NCBI RefSeq assembly: GCF_004010195.1 | Contig: NC_057720.1 | Span: forward strand, 34,574,229-34,638,228 | Reading direction: 5' to 3' | Length of the DNA stretch: 64,000 nt | Origin: Chiloscyllium plagiosum | Lineage: Eukaryota | Shown here: one piece after another, positions 25,142-38,911 of the stretch | Numbering within the stretch: position 1 is the stretch's first letter | Layout: every line of letters starts with the position of its first letter | The notes under the pieces: generated by a model | Databases searched by the model: none | What the model saw: the letters and a program-made list of their open reading frames with translations, nothing else | Told to the model about the DNA's origin: nothing | Made by a program: the position numbers and the translations under genes

Positions 25142-28100
25142 TGGGGCCTGAGACTAATTAACGTGTATGCCCCAGTGGGTAAAGAATGAGTGGCTGGTCA
25201 TCCTGAAGTAGCTCCCACTTCTGCTAGCAATGTCCAGGCTGTTCATTCTGGCCAGATGTTTCGACTGCATCATCAATGCGGATGGACAATCCAGAGGGGT
25301 TGACAGTAAACCAGACGCCACATCCAGATTCTTAATGGAAATAGTTAAGGTCACCAAGTTGCACAATGTCTTCAGCATCCCTGGAGACCTAGCGCTGTGT
25401 AGATACACTTGGTCGCGGCCAGATGGCTAGATTTCCTATTTGTCTCCCCATGCTCTCGGTCAGATCCACCGATGTCAAGCTAGTGTTCTTCTCTGACTAC
25501 TGCCTCCTGCTGGCGAACATCACCTACAGGATGACCAGTGAGCCAGCAAGGGAATGTGGAAGCTGAAAGTAAAATGTTGACCCCAGAAAACATTGACAAG
25601 CTTAAAAGGAGTCACACAGGTTGGAGAACCGTGAAGCCCTCCCCTTTGAGTCACTGGCAGACTGTTGGGAAACAGTCACTTAGAACATCAAAGGTGATCA
25701 GAAGGTGTGTATATGTGCGTGTGTGAGAGAGAGCGAGATGGTAAAAACTGTCCAAATTCCAGAAAAGCATGCGGAACCCACTCCTGCTGCAATTGATGGA
25801 GATCGATGTCAAAGAGGATCTTTAGGAGGTGAAAAGTTAACAAACCCTGCTCCTTGCTTCGGAGGCCTCCAAGATAATCTCCGGTCCAGGGTCCACACTG
25901 TGGAGCAGTAGGATACAGGCTCATGTTTCTTATTTCAGAAGATGCACAAGGAGAGTTCTGTGCTCAGTAGCCTAAAGGAGTAAAGTGGTTCAGTAATGTC
26001 ATCTCAGTCTGACATCCTGAGGATGAGCAAATCCTTTATGCCAGACTGCATGACCTGAAGGCTATGGACAGCACGGCCTCCCAGTCGTTCCTGCCCACTA
26101 TTATGGAGTCTTACACAATAACAGGTGGGAGAGGCTGGACCTGTCGTTAGCTCTGGATGAGCTTACCAAGTCCCTTAAGTCCTTCGGAAAGAATAAACCA
26201 GGGTTTTGTGATCTGCATTCAGCAGTGAAATTGAGTGCCAATTTCTAATTTCTTCCCTCATCTACAAGCGGAAGGGGAGAGGGAGGAAATTAGAGATTGG
26301 TGACCAATTCACTGCTGAATGCAAATTACAAAATCCTATCTAATGTCATGTCTGCTCTGGGATTGGTGATTCACCCCAATCAAATCTGTGTTGTACCGGA
26401 CAGGACAATCTCTGAGAGCCTCGTGCTCCGCAGGGATATGACCTGACTCATCCGCCTGGATCAGGAGTAAATCTTTGACAGGATATCGCACACTTACATG
26501 TGGGATGTGTTCTCCAAAATGGGCTTTGTGGAGGGAATCTGCAATTATTTCCAATTACTCTATGCCAACATTGTTACTGCAGCCTTAATCAACGGGTGGG
26601 AATCACAAAGTTTCCCGGTCAGATCTGGAGTCAGGCATCTCTCTCCAGCCTTGTTTGTGAGCTGTGAAGAGCCCTTTGCTGAGTCTATCAGGATGTATGT
26701 GAGCCTGAGAGGGGTGACTATTCCAGGCAGTGGAGGCTTGCAGGTGAAAGCCTCCTTGTACATGGATGTCATTGCCGTTTTCTGCTCAGATCCCCTGTCA
26801 ATACGCAGACTCATGAGCATCTGTAACCAGTTCGAACTGGCTTTGGGAGCCAAGGTAAATTGAGGTAAGAGAGAGGCCACATTCCTTGGGATCTGGGCTG
26901 ACTAATCCTTTATCCCCCTCACCATCAGGAAAGATTACCTGAAGGTGCTGGGAATATGGTCCGGAGGAGCCGGGGCATGTGCAAAATCTTGGGAGGCACG
27001 TCTTGCCAGGATGAGACAGAAACTAGGCTTTTGGAGCACCATTCCCTCTCCATCACAAGCAAAACCCTGCTCATCTGGTGTGAAGCACATTGTCTTTCAT
27101 TGTATGTGACGCAAGTCTGGCCCATTCCCTGAAAGTGTGCTGTTGTTGTCACCTGAGCTATCTTCCACTTCATCTGGAGGTCTAGGATGGAATGTGTCCA
27201 CTGGGACACCATGTACAAAGCTCTGGGGAGAAGAATGTACCACAAATAAGGGGGAGAAGAATGTACCCAATGTCACCTGCATCCTGATGGCCACCTTTTT
27301 GTGTGGTTGCATGAAGCTGTGTGTAGATCCTTGATACGCAAACATCAAGTCTCACTACTTACTGAGGTTCTACTTGTCCCTGGTATTGCAAAGGAAGAAT
27401 CTGGCCTCGTTGTCACGGAATGCTCCAAGTAGTTGGACCGTCCCATTTTACCTGTCCTTCGGGGAGAAATTTGCAAAAAAAATTTCCTTTGACCTCAAGT
27501 TTATCAGGAAATGGTCAGAATGCAGCATCCTTTTCCATAGGAAAGAGAGGGTGGATCCTGTTGGGTTGCTCTCTGAGCAAACTGTCAACATCATGTGGCT
27601 GAATGCCTCATCTCCGGAACATTCCAACGAGCACCAAGACATCACTTGGCTGGTGATGAGAAGGGCACTGTCAGTCAGATCCTTCATGTACACCTGGACT
27701 CTCTATGCCACAGCTCGCTGCCCTTGAAGTGGCTGTGGAGTTTAGAGACTGTCACATATCTCTTTCTGGAATGTGCCTTTGCAAAGCAAAGGGAGGGAGA
27801 TGCAGTACTTTTTGTTGAGGTTCATTCTGAGCAGCTCTGTGACAGATGACTCTGTGCTCTATGGTCTGTTCCCTGACACATACACCTAGACAAACATTGA
27901 CAGCGCCTGGAGGACCATCAACTTGTTGAAAGACACTCTTTGGTCTGCCTGAATCATGTTGGTCTTCTCGAGTAACGAGTTGAGTTTCCAAGGTCCAGGA
28001 CTATGCCCTGAGGGATCCACTCAAGCCTGGGGCAGCCTCTGCCAGGGTTCAGTGGGGAAAAAAACATTGTCTAAGCTCTTTCTGCTGAGGTTAAATGGGG

Positions 28101-28308
28101 TCCATTCAGTTATTGGATCCTCCTGGTGCCTCAAATATGTGTAAATATAATCTTGAATAAGTGAGAAATGCCTTTGGTTTGTTTTGGTGCATAGAGTCAA
28201 ACTCCAATGTTTGTTTGTTACTCTACATTCTACTGTACACAGCTGAACTGCTTTATGTGTATCTATGAAGATATTTTTATGAATAAGGTCATTTTTGAAA
28301 TAAAAACA
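25142..28308 (+). mobile_element. Tx1-like (L1 clade) LINE, 5'-truncated, degraded ORF2
   Basis: EN motifs FDCIINADG, YTWSRPDG, FSDYC; RT motifs PISLLNANYKIL, LDQE.SLTG/FDRISH, SGVRH, LYMDV, KVLGIW; C-terminal CP..GCG..ETVTYLFLEC; A-rich end. Confidence 0.92.
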
Positions 28309-28455
28309 ATTAGAGTGAGATGACTGATGGTGGTTTAACCTGAGGCAAAGGAAGGGGTTGAGAAGGAGAATCCTTCATGGTATCCTCAGCCAATGAGAGA
28401 ATTGAAGTCATACAGTTGCTGTCAGTCTGCATTGAAAACCAGCCATCCAAGCTAC
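28309..28455 (-). mobile_element. tRNA-derived SINE split by the Tx1 element (other part about 25095-25140)
   Basis: ctctttcatt | attagagtgagatgactgatggtggtttaacctgagg rejoin into one element; B-box-like gaattgaa. Confidence 0.65.
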
Positions 28456-30000
28456 AGACTCCCTTTCAGAATGATACATAGTCTTGGCTCAGTATCACAA
28501 ACTTTGATTGGCTTCCTTCTAATCCATGTAATTTCTGTATAAAATGAAAACTTGAAGCTCCACTTAACTACTCAGAGTTGAATTATTTACCAGGATTCAC
28601 TGAGTTAGTCGAAACTCAAGAAGTCATTTGTGATGACATCCCTGGGCATAAACAGGGTAAAAGTCTTTTCCATTCCTGACAGCATTCCCAAGAAGAACTG
28701 GATTAATATTTTAAATTTAGTGGAAATGTTGCTGTAATGGATGCAGAGAGCTCAGTGCCCCTTTGCTCACTGATGGATTGTTATACCTTTCCTTGTTCTA
28801 AATGTAAGGGGCTAAATCTGGCAACATTTTCCTTTCCCTTTTTGCATCAGAGTGGGAGCAGAGAGACTGTTTTATTGATGGCGTAGAAAGAAAATTCAGC
28901 AAAGTTAAAAATATTTAATATGTTCATACTCTATTTCTGTTAATGCCTCTTTTATGTAGGTGTGAACCTTATCTCAATGAAAAGGAGTGGTGCATTCTCA
29001 TGAAGATTCTGAGACAGAAGTTCACTGATCAAAATTTCTACCCCACTGCAGCCTTGTGTAAAAATTAGCTATTAACTACACTCATTCCCAATTTGTAACA
29101 ATCATTTATATTGTTCAAAAAAATCCCAAGTTCAGTCAGAGGACTGTGCTGAGTTACAAATAGAGCAACAGTGGGTGAGATAGAGTTGGGTCTCAGTGTC
29201 CTCCGATCAAAGTGGAGGAAGGGGGCTGGGTGGGAACCATAGCCAAATTCCCATTTATAGAACAGAATTTATTTTGGTTTGAATATATTGACATTTACTA
29301 AGATTCATTGACCAGTTAAAATATGAAAAGGGTGAAATTGGTGTTCCGTAATAGCAGCAATAAGGAATTGGATTTCCTGTCCCTCCTAAGGCTTGGATTG
29401 GTGGTGGGCAGGACTGAAAATCCCACAGCCAGTGGCCTACTCACCCTGAAGATTTTCCAATCCTCCTCTAGACCATTTGGAGAGATAGGATCAAGGCTGT
29501 TAGGCTCTCTGCTCCCACACAGCAGCTAGCCAATTAAACTTGTTTAGTTCCTAAGACAGCCAAATAATGGAGGTCTAGTGGTACCTTTTAGACATTTTTG
29601 AATCAGCCAGTTGTCATAATGTTGGAGGAGGTTGGACTTGAACCAAGGCCTTCTGGACGAGAGGTAGCAATGCTACCACTGAACCTCTAGAGCATTAGTG
29701 GCATTTTTAAGTCAGCTTCCAGCTCTACATATCAGCAGAGACCAGTTTGAGTGTCTAGAGGCAGCCTTCAGCTAAGACAGATTGGGGAGTCAGTCTCCAG
29801 GTAGGCCAATGCAAGAGGCCCTCCATACTGTCCTGGGATGCAAGTCCAACCACAGAGCATCCTGTAAAATGGTTCAACTCCATCTCCTGCCGTGCCTACA
29901 GTGGTGATCTGGCTGCTACATTTATTCTAATTAAAGCGGCAAAAAAGTTTGACGGAGGATGCCTCCATGTTATAGCATCCTCAGTTACAGATGATGATAG

Positions 30001-31800
30001 TTCAGAGGCAGTACGTTCCCGTTAGAGTGAAAGGCAAGGCTGGCAGGAGTATGCAATACTGGATAACTGGAGATATTGAGGCTCTGATCAAGAAAAAGAA
30101 AGAGGCATACATCAGGTGTAGGCAGCTGGGATCAGGTGAATCCCTTGAGGAGTGTAAGGGGATATAAGGAGTACACTTAAGAGAGAAATCAGGATGGAAA
30201 AAAGGGAACATGAGGCAGCTTTGGCAAATAGAGTTAGGGAGAGTGCAAAGTGATTCTATAAGTATATCAAGGGCAAATTTGTAACTAGGGAGATAATAGG
30301 GCCCCTCAAAGATCAGCAAGGTCATCTAGGTGTGGAGCCACAGGAGATGGGTGAGATACTAAATGAGTATTTCTTTTCAGTATCTACCACCTACAAAGAC
30401 ATGGAAGCTAGGGAATGTGACAAATAAATAATAATGTCTTGAAAAGAATCCACATTACAGAGGGGGTACTGGAGGTCTTAAAGGTAGACAAATCCTCCAG
30501 AACAGATCAAGTGTATTGCAAGACATTGTGAAAAACTAGGCAAGAATTTGAGGGGCTCCTAATGAAGGTATTTGTCTCATTGACAGCCATGGTGAGCTAA
30601 TAGAAGACTGGAGGGTAGATAATGTTGTGCCATTATTTACAAAAGGCTGCCAGGGACCTACAGTGGTAGGTAAGTTGTTGGAGGGGATTCTGACAGCAAG
30701 GATCTAGATGCATTTAGAGAGGCAAGGACTGATTAGGGATAGTCAGCATGGTTTTGTGCGTGGGAAATTATATCTCACAAATTTGACTGAGTTTTTTGAA
30801 GAGGTGACCAAGAAGATGGATGGGGGCAATGCAGTAGACATTGTCCACGTGGACTTTAGCAAGACTTTCAACAAGGTACTGCATGGTAGACTGGTTAGTA
30901 AGGTTGTATCACATGGGATCCAGGGAGAGTGTGCCAACTGGAATCAAAATTGGCTTGATGGTAGGAGACAGAGAGTGGTGGTACAAGGTTGTTTTTCAGA
31001 CTGCAGGCCTGTTACCAATGGTGTGCCACAAGGATTGGTGTTGGCTCCACTATTGTTTGTCATTTATATAAATGATTTGGATGAGAACATAGGAGGCACG
31101 ATTTAGTAAGTTTGCAGATGACACCAAAATTGGAGGCATAGTGGACAATGAAGAAGGCTATCTATGAGTACAATGGGGTCGATCAAATGGACCAGTGGGC
31201 TGAAGAATGGCAAGTGGAGTTTAATTTAGATAAATACAAAGTGTTGCACTTTGGGAAGGCAAACCAGGGCAGGACACAGTTCATGGTAGGGCCATAGGGA
31301 GCGTTATCGAACAGAGAGACCTAGGGGTTCAGGTGCATCATACATTGAAACTGGCATCAGGGGTTGTCATGGTGATAAAGAAGGTGTTTGGTATGCTTGC
31401 CTTCATTGGTTGGAGCATTGAGTGCAGGAGTTGAAATATCATGTTATGGCCATACTGTAAGGCCACATTTGGAATACTGCATACAATTCTGATTGCTCTG
31501 CAATGGAAAGGATGTTATTAAATTGGAGATGGTGCAAAAAAGATTTACAAGAATGTTACCAATGCTGGAAAGTTTGATTTATACGGAGAGGCTGGATAAG
31601 CTGGGACTTTAATTCCAGCAGCATAGGAAGCTGAGGGGCGACCTTATAGAAGTTTATAATACCATAAAGGCCATAGATTACGTGAATAGCCAAAGTGTTT
31701 TCCCAAGGATTTAGAGGGAATAGGTTTAAGGTGAGAGGGGAAAGATTTACAAGTGACCTGAGGGACAACATTTTCACACAAAGGATGGTACGTATATGAA
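30001..31800 (+). mobile_element. CR1 LINE ORF2 (RT) fragment
   Basis: [44 protein letters not shown]. Confidence 0.95.
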
Positions 31801-32262
31801 ATTATAACCAGGATTTACAGAGAAAGAAAATAGAAATTTATGTCCAACTTGGTTAAATGTTAACAGTGGGTCAAGTCAAAACTTGGACTTCAAAATTGCA
31901 TTAAGAAATCTGATTCCAAGTTGCTCCAATCACAATTTCAGCTTATCTTTTGGCTCCCATAAGTGATACGACTAAGCTTATTAAAATCCCCATACTGCAC
32001 ATTTATGATTACCGTGACTGGTATTAAAATAACAAAAAAGGAGTTATTTAAATATAAGCTTCACTGTGATATGCAAATCATCAATACCATGTGGCAATTG
32101 TTGCAGCAATATCTCATGACTGTGTTGCGCCACATTCTGGCAGGACAATGCAATGACAGCCTTTCAAAGCCAGTCCGATTAAAGCGATTTCATTCCTTAT
32201 TGCTGCTATCACGAAATACCAATTTCACCCTCTTCGTATTTTAACTGGTCAATGAATCTTAG

Positions 32263-32690
32263 TAAATTTATAGCAAAAGGTCATAGTGTCATACACTGAT
32301 GCAATATATTGAACAAACCTAGATTGCTGTTAAGTCTTTAATCTTTTCGAATGGGTTGCAGGGTTCAACTTATTAGTATGTAAATCCCGGAACTTCTTTA
32401 AAATCACATTCCCGAGACAACTTAAGGATTTATTAAAAAAAGGTGACATCTCAGCTCAGACAATGCATTAAAGGTGTGAGGTTAGAGTCTGTCTGTATTC
32501 TAATCTTGAACCAGACTGGTTCTATTTCTAAAGTAGGAATTTATAAAATGTCACATGGATTATAAAAAATATTGAAAGCACACAATCGCCTACAGATTGT
32601 GTGCTTTTTGAACAAAATAGCATGTATCGACAAATACAATTCTACAAATGCAAATTCACCCCACATGTATGTGTACATTTGAGAGAGATA
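32263..32690 (-). mobile_element. Penelope family B terminal repeat fragment
   Basis: Homologous to 1628-1768 and, in reverse complement, to 1975-2556. Confidence 0.75.
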
Positions 32691-33312
32691 GGGATTGAGC
32701 GATTAGGTCACAGTATGGTTCTGTTGATACTGGCTGCCTCAAATGGAAACTCTTCTGTTTCCCAGAACAAACGTCTTGATGCATACTAGACTTCACTCAG
32801 AGGGCTGGTTAGTCCAGATGACTGCACATTTAACATGTGGATCAGATCTGTGCAAACAGCACAGGATTCACTCTCCAGTCTGGATGAGGTGGACTGATAG
32901 ATTCCAGTATCTGCAATAATTTGCTCCTCCTGATGGCCTGCTTCCTTGCCCAACACATAGTAGGTAGTAAAAAAATGTCATGACACTTCACTGTGACTAG
33001 GTCCACCAAAGACCAGCCTTCAGGCAAAGAACTGAAGATGAAACGTCACTCATTTAAAAAAATAGGAAGTCTAAGAGAATGCTACAGTTAGTGAAAAAAA
33101 CACTTCCTTCGAGGCATTTCTGTGAGAAAAAACACATTGGTTCAGTATTGAACTAACATCTCTAGCTTCCCTATTTTCACAGCCTGATAAAGAATCTCAC
33201 TTGAAACATCAGTATTTATTTCTCTTTCTGACACAGAGCAACTTGTTTGCCAAAGGCAACATATTATGAAGAGTCTGATTTTCCCAGCAGAGGAATGATT
33301 TGATTTGATTTA

Positions 33313-33515
33313 GTTAAAATCACACAACACCAGTTTATAGTCCAACAAATTTATTTGGAAGCACGAGCTTTTAGAGCACAGCTCCTTCCTTAGGTGACCA
33401 GGAGCAGCACTTTTAAAGTTAGTGCTTCTAAAAAAAACCTGTTGGACTATAACCTGGTGTTGTGTGATTTTTAACATGGTACACTCCAATCCAACACTGG
33501 CACTTCCATATCATG
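33313..33515. mobile_element. Older palindromic Penelope family B mini-element
   Basis: Same arms and tail as 2577-2781, with a decayed hammerhead centre; tgattt at both flanks. Confidence 0.85.
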
Positions 33516-34116
33516 ATTTGAGTTATTTATTGTCACCTGTATTTTGTTACAAAATACAGGCTGTATAGCATGGCCACTCTCTGGCGCCATCTTAAAACAC
33601 AGAAAAATAAACTAAAGCATAGAATATGAAGGCAGAAAAATGAAGAAATAGAGAAAGTGTCCAACTTTACCATCCTACTTGTTAAGTGCTCAGTCGTGGG
33701 TCTGGTGGCCAGACGTGAGTCTCCTTCATCACCTCGCCTCCATCACGCTTCGGCACCATCTTCCTCCAGCGGTGCTCTAACCAATATGAAGCCTTGCTGG
33801 ACCTCATCGATGCAGATGCCCCCGATGCTGCCGGGTACCAAATCGACTCAAACTCAATTCCGCCACTGCCATGAGTCCACTTCAGGCCCACCTCACTGAT
33901 GCAGCCACTGCTGATGCTGCTGAGCCTTTTACTGGTCCCAAACTCACCTCCGTCACCGCCACCATGAACCTGTGCTGGACACTGATGCTGACAGGAGCCC
34001 AAATGAATTCAATGGATTGATACTGAAGGAATGAGGTTTGTAAGGGGCTACCGACAATGGCTTCATATAGAGGCAATAGTGGGGCACGTGATTCTGAGAG
34101 ACAGCTGGGTGCCATA

Positions 34117-36006
34117 ATTGAACTCCATCTGCCACTCCTCAGCCCAGCACTGCATCATATCTAAGTCCCTTTGCAGCCGACAACAGCCCTCCTCACTATC
34201 CACAACTCCACCAATCTTCGTATCGTCTGCAAAGTTACTGACCCACCCTTCAACTCCCTCTTCCAAGTCATTAATAAAAATTTCAAACAGCAGAGGACCC
34301 AGAACTGATCCCTGCGGAACTCCACTTGTACCTGGGCTCCTGGCTGAATATTTATCATCTATCACCACTCTCTGACTTCGACCGGTTAGCCAGTTCTCTA
34401 TCCAACTGGCCAAACTTCCCACTATCCCATGCCTCCTGACTTTCCGCATAAGCCTACCATGGGAAACCTTATCAAATGCCTTACTAAAATCCACGTACAC
34501 TACATCCACTGCTCTACCCTCATCCACTTGCTTGGTCACCTCCTCAAAGAATTCAATAAAACTTGTAAGGCAAGACCTACCCCTCACAAATCCATGNNNN
34601 NNNNNNNNNNNNNNNNNNNNNNNNNNNNNNNNNNNNNNNNNNNNNNNNNNNNNNNNNNNNNNNNNNNNNNNNNNNNNNNNNNNNNNNNNNNNNNNNNNNN
34701 NNNNNNNNNNNNNNNNNNNNNNNNNNNNNNNNNNNNNNNNNNNNNNNNNNNNNNNNNNNNNNNNNNNNNNNNNNNNNNNNNNNNNNNNNNNNNNNNNNNN
34801 NNNNNNNNNNNNNNNNNNNNNNNNNNNNNNNNNNNNNNNNNNNNNNNNNNNNNNNNNNNNNNNNNNNNNNNNNNNNNNNNNNNNNNNNNNNNNNNNNNNN
34901 NNNNNNNNNNNNNNNNNNNNNNNNNNNNNNNNNNNNNNNNNNNNNNNNNNNNNNNNNNNNNNNNNNNNNNNNNNNNNNNNNNNNNNNNNNNNNNNNNNNN
35001 NNNNNNNNNNNNNNNNNNNNNNNNNNNNNNNNNNNNNNNNNNNNNNNNNNNNNNNNNNNNNNNNNNNNNNNNNNNNNNNNNNNNNNNNNNNNNNNNNNNN
35101 NNNNNNNNNNNNNNNNNNNNNNNNNNNNNNNNNNNNNNNNNNNNNNNNNNNNNNNNNNNNNNNNNNNNNNNNNNNNNNNNNNNNNNNNNNNNNNNNNNNN
35201 NNNNNNNNNNNNNNNNNNNNNNNNNNNNNNNNNNNNNNNNNNNNNNNNNNNNNTATGCTCCTCAGATCCTGTCTTGCAGCATTGTATTTACCCTTCCCCC
35301 AATTGTAAAACCTGCCCTGTTTTTAGATTAGATTACAGATTAGATTAGATTAGATTACATTACATTACAGTGTGGAAACAGGCCCTTTGACCCGCCGAAG
35401 CGCAACCCACCCATACCCCTACATTTAACCCTTACCTAACACTATCGGCAATTTAGCATGACCAATTCACCTGACCTGCACATCTTTGGACTGTGGGAGG
35501 AAACCGGAGCACCCGGAGGAAACCCACACAGACACGGGGAGAACGTGCAAACTCCACACAGTCAATCGCCTGAGGCGGGAATTGAACCCGGGTCTCTGAC
35601 GCTATGAGGCAGCAGTGCTAACCACTGTGCCACCATGCTGCCCACCGTGTTGCATGCACCTATCTCTCTCCATAACCAAGGTGAAAGTCACAGAATTGTG
35701 GTCACCATCACCAAAATGCTCACTCACTAACAAGCCTATCACTTGTCCCGGTTCGTTACCAAGTACCAAATCCAATATGGCCTCCCCTCTGGTCGGACAA
35801 TCTACATACTGAGTTAGAAAAGCTTCCTGGACACACTGCACAAACACCGCCCCATCCAATCTACTTAATCTAAAGAGTTTCTAATCAATATTTGGAAGTT
35901 GAAATCGCCCATGACTACTGCCCTGTGGCTTCTGCACCTTTCCAAAATCTGTTTCTCCACATCTCTGCTGCTATTGGGGGGCCTATAGTAAACACCCAAC
36001 AAGGTG
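34117..36006 (-). mobile_element. CR1 LINE ORF2 spanning the gap at 34597-35253
   Basis: DFSKAFDKV, GVPQGSVLGPLLF, FADDTK; EN-region PTRGEAILDLVL, DGDHN. Confidence 0.93.
35326..35643 (-). mobile_element. HE1-type SINE nested in CR1
   Basis: (agatt)n tail and tRNA-like head. Confidence 0.93.
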
Positions 36007-36525
36007 TTACAATACCACATTCAGTTTCATTCCATGATTGCACCACCCGTTATTATTTACATGCTATGCATTACATTCAGAGCATATTGAAGGTATTGGA
36101 AATAATATGAAAATGAAATGATGGCACATTTGTTGCTATCACTGTTAAAAATTCCATACAAGATGCGTTCCTAACCTCAACAATGTCACCTGAGAGGAAC
36201 ACTCAAGGAGAATAGAAATGTGGAGCGAGATTCATTCCTGAGTCATACTTCAATACACTTCCCAAATAGCTGATTACATCATTGCATTTACAAAAGCTAG
36301 GGTGCTTACTTCAGGAAAAATTGACATAATGGACGATGACAGAAAGCTAAAGAAAAATCTTTAAGTAATGTATCTTGGATATACATTAAAAATATCAGAC
36401 TGATCAGAACCCATGAAAGATTTTTGTTACTTTTATCCATTGAATGACTTTGCTGGTTATTTTGCCTTCTAGCCCATGACTGTAGAAGGCTACAGTTTGG
36501 AGACAGAAATGCCCTAGCATGAGGA

Positions 36526-36897
36526 GACATTGTTGTAGCGGTAATGTCACTGAATTGGTCATCTAATGGCCAAGACCAATGCTCTGGGAGTACGGCAGCT
36601 GGTGGAATTTCAGTTGAATTAATAATTCTGGGATTGAAAACTGGCAATGATACCAATGATACCAATGGCAACTAATTGTTTTAGTAATAAGCCATCCGAT
36701 TTGCTAATGCCATTTAGGACAGATATGTCCATAAGGAGAAAATCTGCCATTTGTACCTGGCCCAGCCCGCATGAAAATGCAGGCCAACAGTGATTGTGTT
36801 CGTTTTTAATGGCCCGCTGACAAGGCCGAGCAAGCCGCTCAGTTCAAGGACAATGTGCGATGGGCAACAAATGCTGGCCTCACATCCCATGTTCATG
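36526..36897 (+). mobile_element. Second tRNA-derived SINE family, decayed
   Basis: Homologous to 46675-47157; tail gatgggcaacaaatgctggcctcacatcccatg. Confidence 0.7.
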
Positions 36898-37935
36898 TGA
36901 TTTTGAAGCAGATGGAGGTACAAGGAAGGGAATGAGGGGAAAGAAAACAGTCACTGTAAAAAAAGAGAAAGAAGAGAGAATCATTTTCTATGGACCACAT
37001 CACAACACCTGTAAAGAAATGTATTGTATCACATAACTAGCTGTAGCATGCTATATTTGGAATGAAAAAGAATGACATAAACCAGACAGGACTTTTATGT
37101 CACTCATTGTATCAACCGGAATCACAAAGGAAGATTTGATCAAAATATACAGAGCAAGTATGATTCAGAAATGATATACTTTATAATTATTGTTTTTTTT
37201 GCTTGTAATGCAATACAGTTGTAGATCCAAGGAGGAGATGTAAATGAATCCATAATTAACGTGGCCTTTTTGAAGTGAAACGTAGGCACAGACTTTGAAC
37301 AATTATGTTGTCAAATGAAAGGAAAATAGAAATACAGTTGAAAAGACAAAATTTGTATTTTGACCAAATCTCAACCTTCTAAAACTTCATAGAAACTGTT
37401 TTAAGACCAAGCATCTGTGAAGGGTCTCTTTACAATTTTAAAGCATAAAGGTTGGAATAATATGTTAAAACTGAGTGGGTGGGTGAATTAAGGAAGTCTT
37501 TGAAGAATGATACTTTGTTGGCAAATTATTCAATAATAACCCCAAATAAGTTCAAGGACTCCAAAGCGTGACCAGATCAAACTAAAGTAGCAAAGAACAT
37601 TATACTAGTAACATTAGGGGCACAATCTCCTTTTGATGGGAATAAGTACAGAAAAGGCCAGTAGAAATAAAAAAAACCTCTTGGGTCTTATGTATAGATA
37701 GTGTAACACCTGCTCAAAATAACTTGGATAAGTATCTGCTTGATTTCTTTTAAAAGATGCAACTGTGGATATATTTAACTAAATACTTAATGGGATTCAT
37801 CCGAGTGAGAATAAAGTATTCATCATTTCTCACAATTTGGATGAAAATCATGAGTTGTTGCTTAATCTTCACTGGTTCAAGTAATCCAGCTTTGCCTGTG
37901 TTTGTGAAATAAACTATAAGCATGAACTAAAGAGA

Positions 37936-38061
37936 TACCACCTGATGAAGGAGTGGCGCTCCAAAAGCTAGTGTTTCCAAATAAACCTGTTGGACTACAA
38001 CCTAGTGTTGTGTGATTTTTAACTTTGTACACCGCAGTCCAACACTGGCATCTCCAAATGA
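37936..38061 (+). mobile_element. Penelope family B mini-copy starting at the hammerhead
   Basis: cacctgatgaaggagtggcgctccaaaagctagtg; exact 12-bp TSD gaactaaagaga (37924-37935 / 38062-38073). Confidence 0.9.
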
Positions 38062-38467
38062 GAACTAAAGAGACAGTTTTAACCTTGCTTAGGTAAGGGG
38101 GAGATTAAAATCAGTCAAGAAATTACCTGTCAACTGCCATTCTACAGTTTTCAATTTTAACCTGCTTGTTTGAGGTGACAAAGTCACCCAAATGAAACTG
38201 AGGTACCTTCTTTGGAGATGAGACCAAAACATCAGATCAAAAACACAACAACCAAAACAGACAAATGTATCTTCTGCTTTGCTCAAACAGCACGTTTTTA
38301 ACACCTATATCACATCTTTATTATCACCTTCATACAGAAGTGGTCCACAGCAGGACTCTAAAACAATAAGAGATAGTACACTTTAAATTACCTTTTGGCC
38401 AAATCTGACAGGCAAAAACAAGCTCCTCTAGACTTCAGCACCACCATCTATGTGCCTTCCATCATAA

Positions 38468-38822
38468 TGGGCAGCATGACGGCACAATAGTTAGCACTGT
38501 TGCCTCAACAGCACCAAGGATTCAGGTTCGATTCCAGCCTCAGGTGACTGCCTGTGCGGAGGTTGCATGTTTTCCCAATGTCTGTGTGGGTTCCTGCTTG
38601 GTTCTCTGGTTCTTTCCACAGTACAACGATGTGCAGTTTAAGTGGATTGGCTATGCTAAACTATCCCATAGCGTCCAGGGATGCGAAAGCTATGTAGATT
38701 AACCATGGTAAAAATGCAGGGCGATGGGAGCTAGGGTGTGGGTCTGAGTGGGATGCCCTTTAGCGGGTAAGTACTGGCTTGAGGAGCCAAATGGCCCCTA
38801 TCTGCACTGTAGCGATTCTATA
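38468..38822 (+). mobile_element. HE1-type SINE, older
   Basis: Decayed head, core and tail. Confidence 0.85.
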
Positions 38823-38911
38823 ACCATGATAGGAATTTCCATTGGCTGCAAACTTCAGCAGACCATCCATCCCACAGCCATAAAAATAAATGTATGGGGT
38901 GGGTTACCCCA

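Noticed and set aside
33520..34030. GC-rich segment with short ORFs
   Set aside because: Probably a non-autonomous repeat on the minus strand; ORFs are low-complexity and the family could not be assigned.
36306..36480. Minus-strand segment with ag/gtaagc splice-like ends
   Set aside because: Translations (HGLEGK..WIK; LIFLMYIQD) look like a very old LINE RT remnant.
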